Source: Magallana gigas (taxonomy: Eukaryota). Taken from it: a DNA stretch of 64,000 nucleotides. A program made the position numbers and the translations under genes. The notes beneath the pieces were generated by a model. That model saw only the letters and a list, made by a program, of their open reading frames with translations, was not told where the DNA came from and made no database searches. Positions 23,610 through 33,900 of this stretch are shown here, one piece after another. How positions within the stretch are numbered: the stretch's first letter is position 1; every line of letters starts with the position of its first letter. Location: positions 16,244,001 through 16,308,000 of the forward strand of contig NC_088860.1 in assembly GCF_963853765.1 (NCBI RefSeq), given 5' to 3'.

Positions 23610-24944
23610 GTGCTGTATCTAAATCATTTACTTTTATGAGCGATGAATTTTGATCCTAGAGGTTAAGGGTTTTGGAGCAGGTTAAAGGGTTCCTCCAGTC
23701 AATTTTTTTTTATTTTTTTACAATACTCATTTGATCTCTTAAAACACAGTCCCGAAAAAACAAAGTTTGTGGGATTTATGGTTTAGCTCAAATTAATTTA
23801 AATGTCAAACCTCACTGAGAATAACCTTACGCTCGGCTCTTTCCGCCGTTATCAGCTGTGTGACGTCACAATTGTGCCCAACTGCAGAGGCAGTCAGTCT
23901 CTGTTGCTTTACAAACTAAGTATTGTCATTTGATTATCACGGTGAACAAAGAGGGGTAGGAGATGTGTTGCGGGTTGGTGTTAAATTACACGTTTAGATG
24001 TTGTGTCCGAACACAAAATTTCAATTTAAGAAAGAATCACATTTGATCCAAAATAAAACGAACTTCCTTTCTTAGACTCAAGGGAAATTGGAAGTCACAA
24101 CAAACCCTATCAAGGCATGTTTACGGCTACTTTAAGTTTTCGAGGAGAGAGAGAGAGAGCAGAAAACAAATTTGAATGCATTATGTAGGTTTCCGTGACA
24201 ATTAACCCCATTTGTATATGCCAGAGGATTAATCATTTTACGTTGTTATTAGATTTTTCTAATCATACTTGCGTTCATTTGTTTTCAATATTTCAATCGT
24301 ATTTCGTTTTCCATTGTTTATTTGTTTACGTTTACGCTCTGATTCACTCATGCATTCATTCATAGTGTGGATGTAGGTTTAGCAGTCACGTGGTTGCGTT
24401 TGGCGGGAGAATCGGTGAATGAAAGGGTGTGTTAGACTGGTTTTCTTGAATGTGAGTTTGCGCGCATGTGCACTTTTAGCTTGAAATTCGATCATTCTTT
24501 TCGTGACACCAACGAACAGGCGATTGAAAGCTTCTTAGCATGTCAGCCTGACTATTATCCATATTTCTGTTCTACTTGGTGAGTTATTTTACCTAATTTT
24601 ATTCAATATAAATAGAACATAATTAAAGGTAAAGGATGACTGCACTTAACGCTGTATTTTGGGCTCCTTTTCGGTCTGTTACGTTTATTCCTCGTTCAAT
24701 TTTACTTCAAGTCATTTGTTATTGAGTTTGGTCAATTTCCGATAGAAATTTATTGTCATAATGGTTTTAAACTCCGTTGCAATGAAATAAGTCGTTGTTT
24801 TCTTGCCCTCGCTGCTCTGCAAATATCTTGAATTTAGACTTGTCTGCCGTTAATTAAAGATAATTGAGATTCAAGAATATGCTCGGAGGGTTGATCTAAC
24901 ATTGTATTGAGTGGACTAAAATTAGATTTAGCGGTACCAAAATT

Positions 24945-24947
<3 letters not shown>

Positions 24948-25030
<83 letters not shown>
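24948..25030. repeat. (CT)n microsatellite
   Basis: Direct reading. Confidence 0.97.
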
Positions 25031-25033
<3 letters not shown>

Positions 25034-25058
25034 ATGTTTCCAGTTTTAAAGGTTTCAA

Positions 25059-25789
25059 TATATAAATAGTGCCTGTTTGGGAGGGTAACAGTTGAAATTG
25101 ACACCCCTTGAAAACCATTGTCAACCGACGCGAAGCGGAGGTTGACAATGGTTTTCAAGGGGTGTCAATTTCAACTGTTATCCTCCCAAACAGGCACTAT
25201 TTATTTTATTATACTGAATGTCTTTATTTTATAGATGTTTTTACTGCTTTTATATAGAAATGAAGTGAATTCCACGGCGAACCTTGCGCGCATAATTTAC
25301 GCGCATGTAACAATTCGTTTTGTTATACTTTCATGTTAAATACTGAAATCTGATTGGTTAAGACGCAGTTCATAATCCATTTTGTTATACTTTCATGTTA
25401 AATACTGAAATCTGATTGGTTAAGACGCAGTTCATAATCCGTTTTGTTATACTTTCATGTTAAATACTGAAATCTGATTGGTTTAGACGCAGTTCATAAT
25501 TTGTTCTATTACCCTCAGCGTAAGAAACGCACTTAGCAACGGGTAACATTAAAAATTGCTACATGCGCGAAAATTATGCGCGTACGGTTCGCCGTAGAAT
25601 TCACGTTATTCCTATGTAAAAGCAGTTAAGTTTTCTTTAAAATTAAGACATTCAGTATAACAAAATAAATACAAATAAATCGACACCCCTCGAAAACCAT
25701 GGTTAACCTCCGCTTCGCGTCGGTTGACAATGGCTTTCTCGGGGTGTCAATTTCAACTGTTACCCTCCCAAACAGGCACTAGTTATATA
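25059..25789. mobile_element. Foldback non-autonomous element with terminal hairpins and 3 x 62-bp internal repeats
   Basis: Termini TATATAAATAGTGCCTG / CAGGCACTAGTTATATA. The left end is itself a hairpin of about 140 bp. Tandem repeats start at 25318, 25380 and 25442. A further inverted internal copy lies at 25790-25897. Confidence 0.7.
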
Positions 25790-27975
25790 GTGTTACCCGT
25801 TGCTAAGTGTGTTGCTAACGCTGAGGGCAATAGAACGGATTATCGACTGCGTCTAAACCAATCAGGTTTTAGTATTTAACATGAAAGTATAATAAAACAA
25901 GATATATAACATATAATATCGGCCATTATAAGTAGCCATTGATGATCGTAAACCAGTAGCTGATGTCAACAATTTACGTGTTCGAAAAGAATTAACAAAC
26001 AGATTAACAAGTAACGCAAAGAACCAATAAGAAATGAAGAAACCATCACTCGATTGAAATGAATTGGAGCATGTATGGAGTATGGACAAACGATATCGCC
26101 TATACTCTGTCCAGATTTTTTGCTTCCACAACATTTTGCTTGATATTTCGATAATCAATAATATTTTGTGCTCAAACTGGGTTCATCCACTGATATATGA
26201 AAAATGTCCAGATAATCTGTCTTGAAACGCCCCCTCTACCGATTCAGGTTTCAATACACATCCAAAAATAGAAAGTCTACGGTGATTTTGCTTTGCATCA
26301 GCCATTAATAAGCCCGGATGATAACTTGAAAAATGCGCGAGGTATCTCGAGTACGTGTACTTCTGAATGGTGAAAAGATGTAAACATTTCCCATTATAAA
26401 TCTCCGTAAGAAATTTGTTTTCGTTCCTGTGAACTTTTATGAGTGAAAAATGATAATTGTTCAATGAAGATATATTGGGTACATTCCCTTTTATCGATTT
26501 CAACTATATTTCTTTCACAGGTATGTGTATTTTTATTAAAAATCATCAATGTGTGATGGAAGCAATGACTTGGGGCAGACTTTAGCAGAATACCTGCTAC
26601 CTAACACGTCACGTGACGGGGTCTAGTAATCACAAAGTTACCTGGGGTTAGAAATCACGTGATGAATTATAATATTCAACAGGTCAAAGTATACCGTTTA
26701 CAATCGAGAACGCGAACGCAAGAAGAAACAGTTTTAGTCTGCTTTACCATTCAAGAAAATCCAATACCCCTACCTATAAAAACGTTCTTTGTAAATATGA
26801 ATTTTATATTAATGTAATTACATGTACATAAACTTGCAGTCAAGACATTGGCAATTCCTACAAGTAAACAAAATATGCCCACAGCACAATGTACAAAAAT
26901 CGCGCTCATATTCACGCCTCAATGCATACACAGACACAATCATAGCATCGTATTTGAAAGAGGGGGAACTCATCTTAAATAAAAATCTTGACAAGCGAAA
27001 AAAAAACTTATCAAAATTATCAAAATCCTAATCCGTGGGTGGAGGGGGGTTGGATACATGTACCCATATACCTTCAATTTTGCTTTAACTCCTTTTTTCA
27101 CTTTTATTTTTTATATTGTCCCAAAAAGGGAGGGTGGACTCCGTGCTAATTCACTTTCTAATATGTATATTTTAATAATTAAGAAAAATGTTTGCTGCGA
27201 CAAAAAGTGGGGAGAGCAGCTCCTCTCCGATTCCCCTAATGTTATGGCCTGACACAACGTGGTGGATGGCTACCCAAACATTTTTGCTTATTAATGTTCA
27301 GAAACCGCAATATGAAAACTATTTAGAATTGTATAGTATTGCTTTTGAATTGTCAATAAAAAAGTAGTAACAAACTTTCGATACTTAGTATATTTCTTAT
27401 ATTAATACAAATTTCAGTGAAAAAAACCTGACATATATCATTATATAAGTAGCTTTATCAAGCTATCATGAATAGCGTTGTAAAGCTGTATAGCTTTTTC
27501 AAGCTATAATATTATATTGCTATTTATGAGCAGCTGATATGAATTAAGGCTAACTATTCAGACAAAAATGGACTGGAATATTATTGGCTCATTTTTTTAA
27601 ATAATTCATAGGGCCTAAGGTATCAATAAATGTGTTGTCACATATCTTGCTCCAAATAACATTTGTAAATCAGTGAATCGAATTTGCGAAAATTTATAGT
27701 GTTTGTGATTTTTGTTGAGGATGATAGGACCTGGACCGAATTACTTGGGGGGGGGGGGGGGTATAGATAAGATCATCGTATCCCTTATATCAACAAATGT
27801 TTTTTTTTAACAATTTTTTAATTGTTAAATATAAAATCCTTCGTTTCAAATCAAAACGCGTTTTTTCCATTTTAATGCGATATTTAAAAAAGCGAAACTC
27901 TTCATTTATGTTGTAAAATCTATCCTCTTGAAAAACCATTGATTTGCCTTTTGATAAGGATATAAGGGACTCAAT

Positions 27976-30900
27976 ATGGCGGCAAATTTTGACTGTGTGT
28001 TGATGCATGGACCACCTTTTTCAGTAAATGTCGATTATTTCGTGACTTTTATCATAGAAATTTGAATAGAAATATAGGAATTGAGTCAGTGAACCACTGA
28101 CTGTCATAATTTTACCGACAAAACTTGAGATACTCAGATAATAAACGGTTTAAGTACTGGGCATGCTGCACAGGAGTCGGCAATCTCATGGCTGGGTTTT
28201 TACTTATTTTGACTCTAGGTAATATGTTTTACGGTGCTACCGTTCTGGCGAGCGCAGCAAGAATTACACATACCTTGCACCATTGTCAACCTAGTGTTAT
28301 TTAGGTATCAACGAACGTCAAAGAATTTTTGAGAGAGTATTGCTCTACAATAAGTATGCCAAAGGTACTAATTTTAATGGTTATGATACATACAGCGCAA
28401 CCCCCTACCCCTCCCCCGAGACAAACACAGAGAGAGAGAGAGAGAGACAGCGCCCGGTCCCTGTTTGTAGGTGTGTAATTTCCCCCTTTTAAATTTAATG
28501 GTTTGACTATATGCAATAACTATATAAATTTTTTAACTGTTAATTTGTTCTCTATTGCTTTTCATTTAGTTTAAAATGTCCTATCGTTTATTTTTTCCCT
28601 ACTCATATACTTACCTGCCTTCTGTAAATGCATGCACAATTAGCTTAAAAATGGATCGATATGACAGTAAAGTATGGCTCTTGCTAGTACATGTATATAT
28701 TTATATAATCTCTATATAAAAAAATTAGAAACAAATCATATGTCAATGAGGGAAGTTTCGCAGTCTATACTGAAATAGCTAGTACACGCATTACAGATGT
28801 TTGATCCACCTCTAAATTTATCGCGGGAAATGTAGCGCGAGAGCACTGTGACGTCATCCATGACTTTGTTCATCTTTGTTTACGTATCTCGACTCAAAAC
28901 GAAGGTATAGAAGCAAGTAACAAATCTCTTGAGTCTCGCCAAAGCATATGCGGTACTCTAAACGTGTCTGCAAAGCTCAAGACACTGTAAATTACGAGTT
29001 AAATGTTAGCCATTTTTGGCATACCACCACGGGTGAAAACATTAGAGAGCATTATGGGACGTAGACAAAAAATTTTGTTTGATGAACTGTAGGTTTAGCT
29101 CGTTCTTTTTCCCGCGCACACTGGTTCTTGGAGCTCGCTATTATTTATTGATAAGATTGCCTGTGCATGCTGGGAGTGGAAAAAATAATCTTAACGTGAC
29201 CAGGCCTGGGGGCCATAAAAGTTAGACAAGCTCACTTTAATCTCAGTCTCACTTTTCAACTATATGTTCCTTTGGTTAAAGTGAGACTGAGATCAAAAGT
29301 GAGCTCGCCTAATTTTTCTGGCCCCGGGGCCGGACCCCGGACCTTAAAACTTAGACGAGCTCACTTTTGATCGAAGTCTCACTTTCACAAAAAGGAACAT
29401 ATAGTGTTAAAGTAAACCTGGCCCTGGGGCCATAAAACTTAGACAAGCTCTTTTTTGATCTCAGTCTCATTTTTCCACTATGTTTCTTTCGTAAAATTGA
29501 GACTTAGATCAAAAGTGAGCTCGTCTAAGTTTTATGGCCCCGGGGCCTGAAGTCAAAAGTGAGCTCATTTAAGTTTTTTGGCCCTGGAGCCTGGCTACGC
29601 TCAGGTCAGGGGTCCGTAGAACATCTGTCAATTTTAAAATTATAGTATATATTCTATATTGATGCTTGGAGTAACGTAATTTGTGTAGTCATTTTCATGT
29701 TTAGTATTTCCTGACTAAGATTTCTTTTATACAGTGTTAGTAACACAAATTTACTTTAATATAATATTGCAATTGTACATTGTAGTAGTTGGGGTTATAT
29801 CAGTCTGTATATGGACTGTGGATATCGGCCTTGGTAGCTCAGTTGTAGAGCTCCTGACTAGAGTTGCAGGGGTCCTGGGTTTGATTCCCGGTCCAGCCAT
29901 ATGTTTTCATTGTATTTATATACTCATTTCTCCTTTCCTACTACAGATGGTGCTGTGGCCTTCCTTGTTCAGGCAATTAAATATACATGTAATATATAAG
30001 TCCTGACAAGGTGAACTTGTGTTGTGTCTTCGGTGTCAAAGACTATTTAAGGAGAGAGGAAGGTAGTAGTTGGGGCTATATGAACCGTGGATATAGCCTG
30101 GATAACTCAGTGGTAGAGCTCCTGACTAGAGTTGCAGGGGTCCTGGGTTCGATTCCCAGTCCAGTCATATGTTTTCATTGTATTTATATTTGTATATATA
30201 AATTTTATATACTCATTCCTCCTTTCCTACTACACAATCATATACTGTATATTTTTTTTAGGGAAGTGATGTGTACTATGAAAAACATTTCTCTGGAGAT
30301 CATGTGAAGATTTGTCCAAGGAGCCTATTTTCTTCTAATCAGAATTATGGACTGAGAGACATTGTGCTGAATGTTCAAAGGTGTTTAAAACAGGTACAAC
30401 TTTTCATTTTCAGACATTTTTCTGTTGCAATGTTACAGTTTATGTAGTAAAATGGGGTTTTACAGTGTTAGTGTATGTTCTCCTCAATACCTTTCAATGC
30501 CTGACCTCTGACCCTGGTCAGTCCTTTTACTGGGCGTTTCATGTATGACAGTGCACCCAGCATTACATTAGCAGCCAAACCTAGAGTCCTGTTAGATACA
30601 GTACTAAATGGTCAATGTGCCCCTCCAGGTTTCTACCCACCATACTGCAGCTTTCCAAATCCATGGAACACCATTTATTGTACCATACATTGGTCCATTA
30701 ACATTATGCCCTAGTATGCCATGCCGCCACAATACATTGTATCAGTTTCATGGTTTGTACTTGACCTGATATGATTTATACATGGACAGTAAATTCCATG
30801 TTCAAAGTCCATGTGTCATGAATATATCTTACCGACTTCCTTTGTGTACTGTAAATGACAAGTTGTAAATAAAACCATGAAAAGTAAAGTTAACATTATA

Positions 30901-33900
30901 AAGTTTTACAATAGAGTTACAAATTTCCTACTGGGTACAAAACCTGATATCAACCAAATGCAATACCTATAAACCATATGCAGTATTGGTTATCAGACCT
31001 GGCCCTGGGGCCACAAAACTTAGATGAGCTCACTTTTGATTGTTCCATTTGTAAAAGTGAGACTTAGATCAAAAGTGAGCTCATCCAAGTTACAGGATGG
31101 TTATGTACCGATTACTAGAAATGTAAGTTTACTAAACTTTAGATGTGAGTTATGTTCTTGCTGTGGCAGTTACTGATACATATACAGTTTGTAACTCAGG
31201 AGCTGTATGATAATTTCAGTAAAAAAAATATAACATCAATTACACTACTGATAAGATTCAGGATACTTATATTTTATTTACTTTTTCAGTTGTTGAAGAA
31301 CAGGACCATATAGAACCAGGGTCATGTCAAACTATATATAAATGATATAGTCATCATTTGTCGGATCTATACTGTCTCTTATTTATAACTAAATATGAAT
31401 TAATAGTATATATATCTTCAATTTATACTGCATCTATAAATCATGTCATTTAGCTATAAAACATGGCAATTAGAGAGGCTCAATAGCAGTATTCGTCAGG
31501 AAAGAGGTGAAGATTATGTGGACTATGTGAGGAGGAATACATCAACAAGAAGATTAGTTGATCCAGAGAGACTTGTGCATGGTCTGGCCAATCTTAATGA
31601 TGGAACACCTCACAGAACAATCTGCAACGTTATTCTTCATCAGTATGAACTGGCGAGAGATGTGGGTGATTGGAGATGGATCGAGGCCCTCAGAAGGGAG
31701 TGCAGTACTATTCTGTGTTCAGCGAGATGGGTGGATGACCACCTGCCATCACTGGTTCATGAAGCTCATTCACAGAAAAGAGTACGACCATCAGTCAATG
31801 CATCTTCTGCCACTTCAGCTTCCATGTGTGTGGACATTCATCTTCGTTCTAACCTAGACTTGCAGTTTGAGCGAGAAAACGCTGTTGATGGCAAACACCA
31901 AACTCCATATGTTAACCCAGTGATGGAGGCCTCTGCATACAGACATGGTTTTTCCAATGAACGTCCTGTGTCAACCAGAGAAGATCCATATCTGACCGAG
32001 AACTTTCATTTTGACAAGACTAAGCCAAAGACGACTATAAGTGCTCATATTGTTGAAGCAAATGAAGGCAGTATGGAGATCCCTTCTAAACGAGTACGTC
32101 TTGACTGTGATGATCAAGAACTGACCCAAGAGGTGACGCTGCAGTTTCCATCATCTTTCCAGAGATGTCCGTTTCTAGGATGTGATGTTAGAGAAAAGAA
32201 GATCAAACGGCATGCGCAGAGTAAACACCTTCCAAGGATTTTTAATGATATAAAACCAATACGATCATTGGACGATAAATCCTTATGCCAATTCCAGATG
32301 TCTGCATTGTCATCTCTGGTGAAGAGTGCATTGGGACCAGATGCTGATTTACTATCAGCGGTTGACTACTTGAATTGTTCCAATATTATTCCATCAAACG
32401 CAGTTGTTCATGTTGACACTGCTTCATCCATGCACAGACTCTGTTCGTACCAAGGATGGACGGAACCTTCGGAGGGTTTCAGGTTGTCGCCAATCAACTC
32501 TCCTGCTGTTCTTGTCCATTGGAGATGTTTGGTTGCTTTGATGTCTCTTTTGCAGCCCATGCAATGTGAAGAATTTCGTGTCCATGGGCGTGTTATAACC
32601 GACATGCAGTCTGTTACCAATACTTCAGACATTGGTGGGTCCGATGTGAATACATTGACAGAGGATAAGTTTAAAGCTGTTGATGTTCATTATGGTTCTG
32701 ACTTTGAAATTCCTCATCAATCTGCACCTCATGTAGTAAGTCATTCAAAAACCAATGCCCTTGAAGTACAAGAGTCATATACCTCAAATGTGAATGAAGC
32801 CTTTGATAGCCATTTTCATTTGGACCACACTTGTGCAAGGATATGGGGGCATTATTCACCTTCTGGAAATACGATGGAGGATCTACACTCGGTTATCAAT
32901 CAGAGCAGTTTCCAGCCAAAGTTGAAAGTTAATATTGTAGGAGGTGTTATCAACTACAGTGAGCCTTCAGCACACCCTGAGTTCATTCAAGCTGGAGGAT
33001 CTTGGGGGATAGCTCTTGGTGTACACCCTAAACATGTTAGCGAGCTCACAGCAGAAAAACTCCTTCGTCTGAAGAATTTACTGAATCATCCCAGTGTAGT
33101 GGGTTTAGGTGAAACTGGATTGGATAGGACTGTTCCTGTAAAGCTGTGGAGACAGCAGGAAAAAGTTTTTCGCCAAGTTCTTTCCCTTGTACGTCAAAAC
33201 AAGGTATTGATTCTCCATCTCCGAGGAACTCCAGCAGACCGAATAGGAATAGACGTGCATGCACGGTGTATGCAGATTCTGAAGAAATTTTGTGGATACA
33301 CTCAGCCAATTCATGTCCACTGCTTTACGGGAGATACTGAATTGGTCACGGAATGGATGAGCAACTTCTCTAACGTGTATTTTGGTTTCACTGGTGCTGT
33401 GGAGAACTTTAGTTCTGATCAAGTTGCAGGCCTACAGTCTGTCCCTTTAAACCGGATTCTTTTAGAAACTGATTCCCCTTCCATGCGACCAGGAGGAGGG
33501 AACATCAACACTCCGGCTTTCATTGGGGATGTTGCGAGCCTCGTAGCATCAAAGCTACAGATTCCAGAACATCACCTATTGAAAGAGACTGTTCAAAATG
33601 GTCGTCGATTATATGGCTGTTAGAATATGTTAGAATATGAATGTTTCTGCAGAATTTAAGTCTGGATAATTTCCGACAAAATTCATGCAGAATATCTCTT
33701 GTATATAATTACTACAGTATAGGTCTGAGTGTTGGTTCGACCAAGTAACTTGTATAAATTCTTTAATATCAACTGTACATGTATATTGAACAATTCTTCG
33801 TAAATCTTTACATCATTAATCTTTATAGTCATTAAAATGAAATGGAAAGGAATGAAGTAAAGTAGGGTTTCACACTGTTCATATGTTTCCTCAATACCTC

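Noticed and set aside
28186-28218. MAGFLLIFDS as first exon of the PNK/CYREN-like gene
   Set aside because: Its phase-2 donor gives a stop when joined to 30262; 27976-28023 fits both phase and the P-loop.
29827-29899. tRNA gene calls here, at 30096-30167 and near 14730-14805
   Set aside because: Anticodon arm is irregular and each copy is embedded in an LTR; treated as TRIM parts, not functional tRNAs.
30986-30997. TGGTTATCAGA as PBS for the TatD-flanking repeat
   Set aside because: It resembles the plant/fungal iMet PBS rather than the animal one, has an extra base, overlaps a MITE start and is not adjacent to a defined LTR end.
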